A stretch of 63,835 nt of DNA, the filler included, from Trichomonas gallinae (lineage: Eukaryota): assembly GCA_008369845.1 (NCBI GenBank). It is 9 parts of 9 records of this genome, joined end to end, with 100 filler letters (N's around TTAATTAATTAA, not from the genome) between each part and the next. Parts side by side here need not be neighbours in the genome. Positions count along the whole stretch, not along the records: positions 1 to 13,963 come from MRSU01001572.1; 8 more parts are not named here. One strand, written 5' to 3'. This document shows, in pieces, positions 1 through 11,464 of the stretch. How positions within the stretch are numbered: the stretch's first letter is position 1; every line of letters begins with the position of its first letter. The translations under genes were made by a program, and so were the position numbers. Under the pieces are notes generated by a model that was not told where the DNA came from, made no database searches, and saw nothing but the letters and a program-made list of their open reading frames with translations.

Positions 1-166
1 TTATTAAGGTTAAATTTTTAAAACATGTATATGGCATTATAATATGATATAGATCCCATTTTATCAATTAAAGATTTAAGATGATTTTTGTCTGCCCTTT
101 TTTCCAGCGTCTGCCCTTTTTTCTTGCCACTCTATAACAGTAAATTTATTTACAAAAAAATCATAT

Positions 167-1483
167 CTAAATAGACAATTCGACGCTGTCATCGATGTAA
201 AATGGGAGAAGGGAAGATCCGAACACTTCGAAAATCCTTTCTCTTTGTTCAGCAGTTTTCGGAGCGAGCTCCAAAGTCTGGTTATGGTAGCACCTCGCTG
301 TATCATTGTATAAGCAGAGACCGACCGCATTAACAACTGTATCATACATTGTTGCTGCGATCATTCTAATATTTCTATCACCGTCCTTCATCGGACCGTT
401 TACGAGCTCATTGATAATATGGTCGATGTGAGGAAGGATAAAACCTGAAATTGTTTCAGAGCCAAAGGCGTTTAATCCGCAGAATGCTCCATATTTTTCT
501 GAAACTGAATGCTCACGGGTCAGCAACACGCTGAGAAGCTGTGCTGAGATATTTGGCTGAACCATCGGATAGTTATGTTGTATTTTATCGCAAATGACGA
601 GAAGTAATTCTGCAGCAAGTTCTCTCATTCGAATGAGAGCAATTGGCTTTGTTCTGAGTATTTCTGGGCTTAGCAAGAATGACAGTGCAATCGTGATGAA
701 GCTTTGCATGTAAGATTCTATATATAATAATTTATTATTTTGTACGAGAGCTCGAGCTGTGCAGAGTGAAGCGTAAAGTGTATCCCAATCATCCGGATGA
801 TCTCTGAATTGAACAAGCGAAAATCTAATATAATATGGAACAAGTGTCTGAATACAATCGATTGTTGCTAATTTCGAGAACATTTTCTCTCTCTGTTTGT
901 GGTCCCTCGATAAAAGAGCAATGCGAGATTCTCTGAAGAACTTTTGATGAGTGAAAGAAAATTGATGTTTGTTTGAAACAACGAAAGCATCTGAATCCTG
1001 GATCATCTGGCGCTGCTGGTTCGACTGCTTGAGCTGAGAGATCTCCATCTTCTCTATGCTTGGCTCTTCTGCAGCTTGGTTATCGTGTCCGACGCCATTT
1101 ACAGCGATCCACTCGACATCGTAGTGCGGTGCCAGTGGATATGCTGGTAGTTCTCTGCGTGTGTACTGGTCGACTTGAACGAAAGTGTCTTCGTAAGCGA
1201 AAAGCTTCTGGTCGCCATTGACATCAACAAGTTCTGGCTCTCTGTCACTAGAGTAGCCAAGAAGAGGTTCTTGGCGGAGAGACTCGAGTGCCAGGTTGAT
1301 ATCTTTGACGGACAGACGCATTCTCTTGCATTTATGAGTAATTTGTTGAGCTGTTCCGAGAATTGTTAATATATTATTCTGCGCGTGATCAACCAATGTG
1401 TGCATGAGGGCAGCCTCGTTGTTGACGACAATACCAAGAGATTTAAATATTGTGCGGAGAGTCTCTTGCTTTGCTTTCGTCAT
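167..1483 (-). CDS. TAF6: TFIID subunit TAF6
   Basis: N-terminal histone fold (KCKRMRLSVKDINLALESLRQEPLLGY), then HQFS..Q, IQTLVPYY and a HEAT-like C-terminus (SEKYGAFCGL..FG). First real ATG is at 1483; the ORF-track extension is repeat DNA. Confidence 0.85.
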   Translation of the reverse strand: MTKAKQETLRTIFKSLGIVVNNEAALMHTLVDHAQNNILTILGTAQQITHKCKRMRLSVKDINLALESLRQEPLLGYSSDREPELVDVNGDQKLFAYEDTFVQVDQYTRRELPAYPLAPHYDVEWIAVNGVGHDNQAAEEPSIEKMEISQLKQSNQQRQMIQDSDAFVVSNKHQFSFTHQKFFRESRIALLSRDHKQREKMFSKLATIDCIQTLVPYYIRFSLVQFRDHPDDWDTLYASLCTARALVQNNKLLYIESYMQSFITIALSFLLSPEILRTKPIALIRMRELAAELLLVICDKIQHNYPMVQPNISAQLLSVLLTREHSVSEKYGAFCGLNAFGSETISGFILPHIDHIINELVNGPMKDGDRNIRMIAATMYDTVVNAVGLCLYNDTARCYHNQTLELAPKTAEQRERIFEVFGSSLLPFYIDDSVELSI

Positions 1484-1514
1484 TCTGACAGACTCCTTCA
1501 ATATCCAAAATGTT

Positions 1515-1632
1515 CTACATGTCAAAATATGTTTTACATGACAAAACACTTTACATGTCAAATGATTTACATGTCAAAACATGTTTTACAAATCAAATGA
1601 TTTACATGTCAAAAACATTTTACATGCCAGAA
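1515..1632. repeat. Tandem array (~17-nt period) of the TTTACATGTCAAA motif upstream of TAF6
   Basis: Six to seven copies of (T)TACATG(T/A/C)CA at about 1517, 1535, 1552, 1568, 1603 and 1621. Confidence 0.85.
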
Positions 1633-2562
1633 ATTCTATTTTAATTTAATTTCCACAAGAATGGCTTCTTTTAGTGCAGAATCATTGATGTCTACGTCAT
1701 TTATGGAGAAAGCCATTTTAACGACACACAATTATCTCATTCATTGATTCTGAACTGCAAGAACAATAAACGCCTTGAAGGTCGATACTTAGACATATAT
1801 AAGACTCATTTGGCGATCTATTGTTCTTATAAGATATTATAATACATGAGATGCGAAATTACAGTGAAAATGGTTGAATATAGATGATATCTGACCGATA
1901 CAATCATTCTACACGATAAAAAAACTAGCATCAAAATCTAGATATTTAACAAATCGTCTATTTATCAATATTTTGCAAGAAGAATGCACACAATGCGCAA
2001 GAACATTATATTCCATATATGCTTCGTGCAAGGTATTGATAAATAAGCAAGATTTAACAAATCGTCCGAATTTGTTCAAAAAACATGGATATAGAACTTC
2101 ATCACACATATAGAATTAACTGTGCTCATGAGCCAGTTCGTATTATGTATGCAATGAAGTTATAATTTTCATTTTTTTTGCTATATATTTTCCTGCTTAT
2201 CCATGCAAATCATGCATTTATAGGAGCCTTTGTACTCAAATAATGACGTAACTTTCATATTGAGAATAATTCGTAATAATATACTTAATAAATTTAAGAG
2301 TATGGATAGTTTGAACCTATTGCAAGCAGTATGGGACCTTCTCAACTGTTTTTGTTAATTTTCGGCTCTCCCCTGCAAGCAGACAAGATTTTCTCTAAAC
2401 AGTCATTTGATCGTCTGTTTAAAAAATGAATTCTTATAATATAGTCTTGTCTCTAAACTTATTGATGGCTCAATTGCCAGCGAGCATCTCAACCATGACC
2501 GGAGAATGTTCTATATTGATCAATGCAAATTCCTCAAAAATTTTTTACAATTCAAAAATTGA

Positions 2563-3159
2563 TATTCCAGCTCTTATGAGTTTGTTCGCTGCGCATTAGA
2601 AGTAAATACACCACTACAAATAGTAACTCCATATTGGGAAGGCAAAATAGACTTATCTGGTCCAACTGCGAGAGAAAATTCTTCGCTTGGCGCAGATGCT
2701 GCTTTATCAATGGGTAGAATCCTCAGAAAACCTCTCAACTTGACAAAACTGACTGAAGGTGTTGCAAAGGCCACAATTTACGGAAGATATCAGAAATATA
2801 TGAAAGTTGGAATAAGATATCTACTTGATGGTGCTCACACCAAAGAAAGTGTATTATCTTGCCGCGAGTGGTATGATTCTCTAAAGAGAAAGACAGACAA
2901 AGATGTTTTAATTGTTTCTACTACAAAAGATCGCGATCCAAACATAGTGTTGCAGCCTCTTGTTTCAAAACAGTTTAAGGACATTATTTTCATCAAGAAA
3001 GGCAAAAAAGGCTTAATAAATGTTAATCACAAATCTGCAAACTCAATCAAGGAAGCTATTGACATGGCTATAGCATCTACACCAAGAGGAATATTGGTAA
3101 CAGGAAGTTTACACCTTGTTGGCGAAGCAATGAAATCCCTCGAATTTCCAGTTCCGTGA
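2563..3159 (+). pseudogene. 5'-truncated folylpolyglutamate synthase (FolC/FPGS) C-terminal part
   Basis: Frame is open from 2563 and carries LSGPTARENSSLG, YLLDGAHTKES and GILVTGSLHLVG. No GTxGKGS ATP-binding N-domain is visible upstream, and there is an in-frame TGA at 2560. Confidence 0.7.
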
Positions 3160-3498
3160 AGATTCTTGATAGTCTTTGAATAAAACTGTTTTATATGTTT
3201 TTTATCCATTTCTGTATTTTATGCTTTTCGATTATTATTATTAATCAAAATTGAATAACACGCGTTAATCATCGAGGATGAAATATTTTTGTTATTTTTG
3301 GTTATAAATTTAGATCCCCAAGCTATGTATGGCTGAAAAAGTTAGAGTGATAAAAAATATATCAGTTAAAAATATAAATAGGATGATTTTAGTAAGGGAA
3401 TTTGATAACAAAGCATTCAGTCAATACGATGATGCTTGGTGTAAATACAATTAGTTCCTTTTACTTGAATAACAAAAATGTGGCCGCTCAAAGTCAGT

Positions 3499-3834
3499 TT
3501 AATTCTTATACTGTTCAATTTTAGCCTTAAATTTGTTCATATCAAGTCCTGTTAATGAGTCGATTTCGTTTAATTTGCCTCCTTCTTTCCTCACGTATTT
3601 GATGTGAGGAACAGATCTCACGGAATAATAGTCTGATAGTGCCGCGTTTGCATCTATGTCTACTTTATAGAAAAGAACGTTTGGATGTTCTTGAGATATT
3701 TTAGGTAATTGTTGCCCCAGTTTCCTGCAAGGACCGCACCATGTTGCGAAGAAGTCCATGACAATGAGTTTGTTTTCAGGGACGGCTTCAAGAAACTCTT
3801 GGTAATTACCACTAAAGTTGATGATTTGTTCCAT
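3499..3834 (-). CDS. Thioredoxin
   Basis: VMDFFATWCGPCR active site, 111 aa, cis-Pro motif VRSVP. Confidence 0.95.
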   Translation of the reverse strand: MEQIINFSGNYQEFLEAVPENKLIVMDFFATWCGPCRKLGQQLPKISQEHPNVLFYKVDIDANAALSDYYSVRSVPHIKYVRKEGGKLNEIDSLTGLDMNKFKAKIEQYKN

Positions 3835-4531
3835 TAGAAAAAAAAATTTTGTTTGGGAGAAATGAATTCAAAGAAACTTTCACTTTTTCGACCAAACATC
3901 GTTATTCCCGATCATTAATGCAAATAATGCGTGTATGATCGAAGTAAAATTCTATCGTCATTGTAAACTTTACAATTTTTTTGAATAAAATTGAATGAAG
4001 ATTTTTTAATGTGATAATATTGATGATCTTTAGCATAATTATGATTTTCATACCATAGAGAGATATTTAACAAACTCAAAACAACTTTATGATATTTTGA
4101 TTCATGAAATACAAACCACATACCCACGTGACATCTTATAGGCAAAATTTTCTTCATTTTATCAAAGTTTGGTCAATTTGGTCATAAACGAGGCCATAAT
4201 TGAATCTGGGACAAATTAGAACTTCGTGCTTTTTGCTGCTATGTAGAGCAATTCGTGTTCTATTTTGTACCCCACTCTTACACATTTATTCATTTCAAAT
4301 TTGCAAATTCAAGATTCAAATATTTAAACTTTTAGAAGATATTCTCCATGAAAATGTCCTAAAGGCGCAGATGAGCATAAAAATCACAAATTTCTCTTTA
4401 AAATGTTTATTTGTCAAATAATTATTTTTACATGTCAAAAATAAAATACAATAATTTACATGACAAATTTCAAATTATTTTGTGTAAACTTCACAAAAAT
4501 GACGTTGCAATAATTTAAAATTAAGTAAGAA

Positions 4532-5143
4532 ATGAAGGATTCTTTGAAGATTTTCATATATTGTGTTACCGCAATTCTAGCGGTAGACATGATCATATAC
4601 TCAATTGGAATACTCCTACTTGATATTTGGGCGTTAAATCATAGGGAAGGACTTTTCGATTTTGCAATTACTTCAGATTACTATTATAATTGCAAAGTCG
4701 AAGCATCTTTACATGGCGCGATGCTCATAATGATTACCTTTGCCTTTTTCATCGGATGGACAGGAAAAAAGCCATTTGTTTCAGGAATTGTTGCATATGC
4801 ATTAACTATGGCTGGCTGTGGAGTTGCGTCTTCAATTTTTGCTATAATGATAATGGTAGGACAATCAGATAAGGAATGCGCCAAATATGCTGATGAAACA
4901 CAGGATTTCATAAGTAATATCGATTTAGGTACATATGATGGGCAAGGTATCATAAGAAATTCCAAGAACTTAGATTATCAAAATGTTTTTGATAATTTAA
5001 CCGAAGCTGTCATGAAACAATGCCAACAATATAAGAAGCAGAGAAGTATTATTACGGGCATCGGCGGTCTAGGTTTTGTTGGTTATCTTTTAAGTGTATT
5101 TCTGCTTATTGGCGTGATTGTTATGCTAATTGCTTCATCGTAA
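4532..5143 (+). CDS. Four-pass membrane protein (tetraspanin-like topology)
   Basis: Four hydrophobic segments with a large Cys-containing loop before TM4. No CCG motif. Confidence 0.6.
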   Translation: MKDSLKIFIYCVTAILAVDMIIYSIGILLLDIWALNHREGLFDFAITSDYYYNCKVEASLHGAMLIMITFAFFIGWTGKKPFVSGIVAYALTMAGCGVASSIFAIMIMVGQSDKECAKYADETQDFISNIDLGTYDGQGIIRNSKNLDYQNVFDNLTEAVMKQCQQYKKQRSIITGIGGLGFVGYLLSVFLLIGVIVMLIASS

Positions 5144-5232
5144 GCGTTTCTTTTGTTACCTTGTAATAAACAATTTTTATTTCGAAAAAAATTCAATTTT
5201 TTTAAAATACACATTTATTATAACATAACACT

Positions 5233-6201
5233 TTATACAAGACCGCATTGCTCAAACAGTTTCTGTTGAAGCTCCGGAAATCTATTATATTGATGAATAT
5301 AAAATGGAACTGTATTTTCTAAAGAAATGATTTGTCCGTGATTATTATATCGAACTTCTCGCATTTTCACGCACCATTGCATAGTAAAGAAGCCCTCATT
5401 ACATCCTGTCAATTTATATCGAATATTATTTTGCTCCAATAAGCCGCTCCATACTAAATAATTTAATATTGGCTGGTCCATGCTTGATTCCCAGCATGAA
5501 AGCCATTCTTTCTGTGTCGTCATCAATTTAAGCAATTTTATATAATCATAAGCAGATCCTCCTATGGATCCACTACACAATATGAACCTATGACTCATTT
5601 GTGATAAAATTTGAGCTCCATAGCAATCTCTCATCCAAGCTAAATTCCAGCCGCAAGATCTGAATTGATGAGGCTCTAAAGCTAACATTATTGTATCGTT
5701 CGTCAGAGAATCAGCAAAAGGATCGCCCTGGAAGAAAACATCAAATGCATCTGTATGTAAAACACGGTCTACATTCTTGTAATTCGCTTGAAGCCATGCT
5801 AATTCGTGTTCATAACGATCCATATGGGGAACTTGTTTGTTATTTCGAGTATGAAGATCAATATATTCAATTTCAACGTTATACATCGTAATTGCATCGA
5901 TATCTTTCTGTGGTATGAATATTGATTTGGGAACAAATAATATTATTCGGCATCTCGAGCCAGTTGAACGCAAAGATTTGACGCAAAGAGATAATCCTCT
6001 TCCAAATGCCGTAGCAAACAGAAAAACGACATCTCTTTTGGTTCCACCTACATATGTTGATGAGTTCCAGTTGCAAAGTTGATTTGTAACTGGAGTAATG
6101 ATTTCATAATGATAAACTAAGAGCTTATATACAATAAAAACCAACGCAATGAGGTTTAGATATAAGAACACAAAGAGTGGAAAGCGAGATTTTGATAACA
6201 T
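5233..6201 (-). CDS. Putative GT-A glycosyltransferase, type II membrane protein
   Basis: N-terminal TM, DxD-like VLHTDAFDVFFQ, LCSGSIGG, SMDQPILNY, IHQYNR. Confidence 0.65.
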   Translation of the reverse strand: MLSKSRFPLFVFLYLNLIALVFIVYKLLVYHYEIITPVTNQLCNWNSSTYVGGTKRDVVFLFATAFGRGLSLCVKSLRSTGSRCRIILFVPKSIFIPQKDIDAITMYNVEIEYIDLHTRNNKQVPHMDRYEHELAWLQANYKNVDRVLHTDAFDVFFQGDPFADSLTNDTIMLALEPHQFRSCGWNLAWMRDCYGAQILSQMSHRFILCSGSIGGSAYDYIKLLKLMTTQKEWLSCWESSMDQPILNYLVWSGLLEQNNIRYKLTGCNEGFFTMQWCVKMREVRYNNHGQIISLENTVPFYIHQYNRFPELQQKLFEQCGLV

Positions 6202-6227
6202 ATTAAAAAACTCTTTCCACTAATCTT

Positions 6228-6235
6228 GTCACTTT
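6228..6235 (-). promoter_or_regulatory. AAAGTGAC 5'UTR element (trichomonad M2-type)
   Basis: Exact AAAGTGAC about 27 nt upstream of the ATG at 6201. Confidence 0.5.
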
Positions 6236-6642
6236 TATTAACCTTATAAATAAAATCGATTCTTCTAGCAAATCTACTATTAGTGGCGCGTCAAAATTCT
6301 AGTATATAATTCAGGCTTCGTAGAATTTATTCACCGGATTCCATAACATTTCTTTGGAGTTGATCAACTGTTGATCAAAAAGAATCTCTGACACAATGCC
6401 AGATTTGACACTTTACACGTCAAAATCTCTTTCGAGTATTACACTTATGATAACAAAAGAATTAGAATGATAGAAATTTAAGTTTTAACAGTTGTATCTA
6501 TGCATTATAAAAATGATAAATATAGCATGTATTAGAATATAAATTTAAAATATAAATACAACAAAGTTATGGATGTGACAAAAGATATGTTTCTTGCATA
6601 TATGAATAGCAGCATTCTTATGCACATGATTAGTAAGCAATA

Positions 6643-7260
6643 TTAGATTTTTTGAAGAATTGCACGAGCAGGGGCTGCATCACATCCAGTTATTTTAAGA
6701 GGAAGACATGTTATGTTATAGTCACCAGGCTCGACATTAGTCAAGTTTATTATTTCTAAAATTGGAATTTCATGTGAAAGCAGTTCTTTATGGACAGATC
6801 CATCGCCTGTGAAGGCTTCTATCGAGTATCCATCTATGCCAATGAGAATAACACCTTGTTGTACTATGTATTTTGCAGCTTCTAAATCGATTCCAACGAA
6901 ATCTTTGTCAAATTTACCTGGAGTCTTCGAATTTTTTGTTTTTAGAAGAACACGAGGAGAGTGTATCTTGTTTTGTATAGATTTAAGCGGAATTAAATTA
7001 TCGACTAATTCGCTATCTTGAATTTCGATGACCTGGCATGGCCCAATGAATTTAGAAACATCTATTTGATCGATAGACTTGCCATTTTCGAAATAATGAA
7101 AAGGAGAATCAATATGTGTTCCTGTATGAGAACAAAGAACAAGCTTGCTAACTGTTGCCATGTCTCCTGATGCCACATTCATCACGAAACTCTGCTCATA
7201 TAAAGGATCTCCTTCGAAAGGCTCAATACCTTTGAACAGAGGGACTGTTATGTCAATCAT
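6643..7260 (-). CDS. Cyclase-family metal hydrolase (KynB/kynurenine formamidase-like)
   Basis: HTGTHIDSPFH metal motif, IGIDGYSIE, H..LL...IPILE, LPLKI.G.DAAPARA. Confidence 0.9.
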   Translation of the reverse strand: MIDITVPLFKGIEPFEGDPLYEQSFVMNVASGDMATVSKLVLCSHTGTHIDSPFHYFENGKSIDQIDVSKFIGPCQVIEIQDSELVDNLIPLKSIQNKIHSPRVLLKTKNSKTPGKFDKDFVGIDLEAAKYIVQQGVILIGIDGYSIEAFTGDGSVHKELLSHEIPILEIINLTNVEPGDYNITCLPLKITGCDAAPARAILQKI

Positions 7261-7838
7261 CTAAATAACCAAGTTGTATGAATTACTTTCCATATGGATC
7301 AGTGTATGATACTCATATCATTCTAACAATCCTATTTCATTATAAATATAATTTTTCCATCTAATCATTAAAATTTGGATGAAATCACACCGAAATAAAC
7401 ATCTTTATCGACTTTTATATCGAAAAACAAAGCATTTCATAATATATCTAATTATTTAATTAAAATATCAAATCAGATTTTGTTTAATTCATTTTTATCA
7501 TTAAAATCATTCATTTATCAATAGCTTTACACATTAGGGAAACATATCCTTGAAGATGAGTTGTGTATCACAAATTTTTCTGGATCAATTCAAAGTTCAA
7601 TCATGTGTGATAGCACGACATAAAATCACATCAACATTGTAACAATTTACGATCTGGTATGAATTTATGCATTTATCATGAGTCTTAGTGAAATTATTTT
7701 TAATCAAGATTTTATTTTCCAAAATCACATAAATTTAATATCATAATATTTCATGCCACATTAATAAAATTGGTTTAAACTATAATTTATTAATTATGAT
7801 AAATCATTAATTAACATAAACAAAATTACATGGAAGAA

Positions 7839-8846
7839 TTAAAAGTCAGTCATACCAAGTGATGCAGCAGCGGCAACTACACGTTTAATTGATCTTTTTG
7901 GTTTCGGCTTCTCTACTTTTGGTGGACAAGGTGGATATGGAGAGCGGGTTGGTACAGGGTTATAATTGTATATCCACGACCTAGATGCTATACATCCTAC
8001 CATTTGAAGATGCTGATTTGGAGAATAATCAATTGTATTATTCTGTTTTAATCCATCTGCTGTTACACCGAGTTGTCCATGAGCTGCATTATCTATATTA
8101 TACAAACAGTTCGTAAAAACAAGATTCGAAACGGAATTTTTCTCAAATAAAGTTGATGTGTCGTAAGTTATCCAATGGTAGAATCCACAATCGGAGAATG
8201 TAATAGCTTTATTATTTGTATTAAATGAATAAGTAGTTTTCCATTGATCTGAATTCAAAAAGTAACAAGATGCGAATCTTCCTTCAGCATTGAGGAAATA
8301 GCCTGGAGAGCATCCAAATACATAACCAAACGATGTCATATAACTTATTTCGAATGGTGCTAACAAATTCAGTGCTAAAACGCGATTATAAATTTCGGAT
8401 ATGGTTGAAGCTGCGTTAGACACGCCCGATCTGTTAAAATTACTCGATATCATGTTTCCTGCTTGAAAATCAATAGGTTTGTCACGATAATTAAGATATT
8501 GCGTAGAAACGTTTAAATTAAACTGTCCTGTTGATGCAACAGAGCAAGATATTGCTGCTTTGTATCCTATATTTTCATTTCTCATATATGATGTTGAAAA
8601 TGTAAATGAATTTGCATTCAAAACACTGATTTCGGAATTTGCAACGTTGCCATTGTAAAATAAAGAGTTGGAAACAGTAACGTCGGTCTGAACATTAAGA
8701 TTTATGAATCCAGAACAAGCCATAAATAATGAATCGAAAATTGTGATGCAGTTCGTTGTGGTTTGGGTGAAAGCACCTATGTTATCCCTGACAAACGTAA
8801 ATGTGTTGCACGTGGAGAGCCCAGACGCTGTAAAAAAGAGAAACAT
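7839..8846 (-). CDS. Putative secreted/surface protein, lineage-specific, Asn/Ser/Thr-rich beta-repeat
   Basis: Short hydrophobic start MFLFF, repeated F.nC.F patterns and a Pro-rich stalk near the C-terminus. Confidence 0.55.
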   Translation of the reverse strand: MFLFFTASGLSTCNTFTFVRDNIGAFTQTTTNCITIFDSLFMACSGFINLNVQTDVTVSNSLFYNGNVANSEISVLNANSFTFSTSYMRNENIGYKAAISCSVASTGQFNLNVSTQYLNYRDKPIDFQAGNMISSNFNRSGVSNAASTISEIYNRVLALNLLAPFEISYMTSFGYVFGCSPGYFLNAEGRFASCYFLNSDQWKTTYSFNTNNKAITFSDCGFYHWITYDTSTLFEKNSVSNLVFTNCLYNIDNAAHGQLGVTADGLKQNNTIDYSPNQHLQMVGCIASRSWIYNYNPVPTRSPYPPCPPKVEKPKPKRSIKRVVAAAASLGMTDF

Positions 8847-9328
8847 GAATAATCTTTGTTTTGAATGCTTCTACCGGGTATTTAAAATTTTTCGCGCTAA
8901 AATTGATATAAATGATATAATGATGCTATGATTAATTTTCAATGAGAAACCGTTTTATTTGAATGTGATGTCAATTTTTTTAAAAAGTAATAATTTTACG
9001 CTGAGAAGTCAAAAAAGCAAAAATGTAAACAATTTATTTGTCAAAATCTGACATGTAATTTTATTTGGATTCCCCTGCACCTAATAATCCGTCATGGCAC
9101 GAGTCAAATGCATAGCTATTATTTATCCTCTTGCATTTTTTAATATTATTGAAATATCTTTCGCTCAAAATGGCTCGTTTCTTTTGGTATATACACAGAC
9201 TCTATATTCTATTTTATATAAATTGCGATCTGGTAACTGTTTGCAAAATTTTAATATGGTTTTAGAGTAACAGTGGAAAAGATATGCTATGGTGAATATA
9301 ACTGAATTTTAGAAAAAAGTTAATTGTA

Positions 9329-11464
9329 TTAGCTAAAATAATCATCAAGATAATCGTCTTCTTTTGGCTTGTCATCTTTGTTTTCATCCGCAGCCTGCTT
9401 TGGATCGAAAGCCTTTTGTACGACATCTTCAACCTTAGGATTCTCAGTATTAAAGTAGTCATTAAGATCTTCTTCTTCGACATTTTGATATTGCTTTGGC
9501 TGCAATTCAGGTGTTGTATCAGCAATCTCAGCTGGGTCATCTCTTGGATTCTTTTCTGGTAAAAGAGATTCATCAACCCATGGGACGACTACACTGCTCT
9601 TGCTGATAGCTTTACCAAGAATCTGCGAGATGGTACCTAGTTCCAAATAGCTAGCCTTTATTGCATCAACGCCCCAATAAACATCATTCTTTTCTGGGAG
9701 AACAAACTTCTTTGGAGTCTTCCTGACATCAATGATATATTGTTGTGTCGTGTTCGCTGTTAATAATGAGTGAACTAATCTTGCTCTATCCCTGACATTG
9801 ATGTTCTGATCATAGAAGCCAAGCGTAAGGCAGTATCTAACTAAATCAACAGCTTCCTTCGGTCTTACGTAAAGAACTTTTGCAGCAAGCTCTATTGCAG
9901 CCATTCTGACGCAAGGATCTTGAGATGTGAACTCTGCGGTGACTCTTCTTAAGACTTCATGTGCATATTCTGGGATGAGTTCGGCTTTGTCGCCGACAAT
10001 TGACATCAAGCATGCCTTTGTTTCTGTGTCAGTGATTTTGGTGAACACTTTGAGCAATTTCTTCAAAATTGAGATGACATCTTCTTTGTCCATTGGCGCA
10101 GATGAGCCGAACAAGTCATCTGTCTCGTCCTTATCTTGAACGGCACGTGGAAGTGGCCTTAAAAGGAGTGAAAGAACTCTGGCAGCCTGGTTGACGACTG
10201 TTGCAACTGGTGATGTGAGCATCTTGACAATTACATCGATGCAAGTGATTGATGAGTCGCCGGCAAGAGATGCTGTTCTGCCAATAGCTTTGACTGCTTC
10301 AGTTGCAATGTCGTTGTTGGCATCGTATATGTATTGGGAGAGTTCACGCATCAAAATATCGCTATTTGATGGGCGAGCGAGTTGTGAAAGTACTTGAAGT
10401 TTGAGTTTCTGGACAAAGATTGGCTCGTCGTCAAATAAGAAGAAATGCCTTATATGCGGGATGAAAGGCTCTGCATTATCTGCTACAAGTGATGCAATTG
10501 TGAGGAGAGCCGTATATGCCGTAGCGCTGTCTACATAAAGGAGTCTGATAAGAGGCTTTGCTATTAGTGGTATCTTGAGTGGTGGCGCGACGTAGAAGAA
10601 AAGTGAAGCAGCAGCAATGACAACGCATGGAGTAATTGAGAACAAAAGTGGTTGAACGCTTTTAATAAGAAGCTCAAGATCTGGATCGAGAAGTTGTCCT
10701 TCTTCGTCATCAGAGAACCAGTCTGCTGTTCCCGATGGCTTCGGGAAATTGCGTCTAGAATATCTTTGAAGCATGTGAAGCGCGATTGTTTGTGCCCATG
10801 GATCTATTCGATTGAGAGCAAGACAAAGTGTCCTGAAGATCGGGTGAATTAAAATATCGCGGTCAGGGCAGACTTTATCGGCGGCATACAACGCACCACT
10901 TATTGTAACTAGCGACTGATCATTCAAAAGACGTTGAATAATTGGGATCAATTCGTCGATATAATCAGGTGAGGTTTCATTGATCTTAACAACAGCTAAT
11001 GCGGCGGCCTTCCTGACGTAAGGCGAGAGATCAAGAGCGCAGCGTGTGACGGAGTCAAGGACAATCTCAATAATTTCTGTATTTCGAATCGAAGATAAGA
11101 TTTTGAGAGCCATTGCACGAACTATGGGGTCGGAATCTGTTAAAGAACGTTGGAATGTGTTGACTGACATAAGGGCAGAGTCTGGATCGTTCTCTGCATA
11201 GTGGACAAGATAAATATAGCTTAAATGGCGAATTGTCTCATCCTCTGATGTGATTTCCTGGACAACAAGCGGGAAGAATGACGAAACATCCTCACCTTTT
11301 GATAAAACAGCTAATAAGGTTTTGATTCCTGTAATTTTATCTGCTGGTTTCGTTGACTGGAGGTTCTTTGTAATGGTTGGAAACAGCTCAAGGTCGGCTG
11401 ACTTTTTCAAATCCTCTGTTGTACTGTTAGAAATCGCAGGACTCGTATAGGACTCGTACGACAT
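9329..11464 (-). CDS. AP-3 adaptor complex beta subunit (adaptin N domain)
   Basis: DVSSFFP.VV, ALMSVNTFQRSL.D, DLSPYVRKAAA, DPDLELL....PLL (AP3B-type), VRDRAR. ATG at 11464. Confidence 0.85.
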   Translation of the reverse strand: MSYESYTSPAISNSTTEDLKKSADLELFPTITKNLQSTKPADKITGIKTLLAVLSKGEDVSSFFPLVVQEITSEDETIRHLSYIYLVHYAENDPDSALMSVNTFQRSLTDSDPIVRAMALKILSSIRNTEIIEIVLDSVTRCALDLSPYVRKAAALAVVKINETSPDYIDELIPIIQRLLNDQSLVTISGALYAADKVCPDRDILIHPIFRTLCLALNRIDPWAQTIALHMLQRYSRRNFPKPSGTADWFSDDEEGQLLDPDLELLIKSVQPLLFSITPCVVIAAASLFFYVAPPLKIPLIAKPLIRLLYVDSATAYTALLTIASLVADNAEPFIPHIRHFFLFDDEPIFVQKLKLQVLSQLARPSNSDILMRELSQYIYDANNDIATEAVKAIGRTASLAGDSSITCIDVIVKMLTSPVATVVNQAARVLSLLLRPLPRAVQDKDETDDLFGSSAPMDKEDVISILKKLLKVFTKITDTETKACLMSIVGDKAELIPEYAHEVLRRVTAEFTSQDPCVRMAAIELAAKVLYVRPKEAVDLVRYCLTLGFYDQNINVRDRARLVHSLLTANTTQQYIIDVRKTPKKFVLPEKNDVYWGVDAIKASYLELGTISQILGKAISKSSVVVPWVDESLLPEKNPRDDPAEIADTTPELQPKQYQNVEEEDLNDYFNTENPKVEDVVQKAFDPKQAADENKDDKPKEDDYLDDYFS

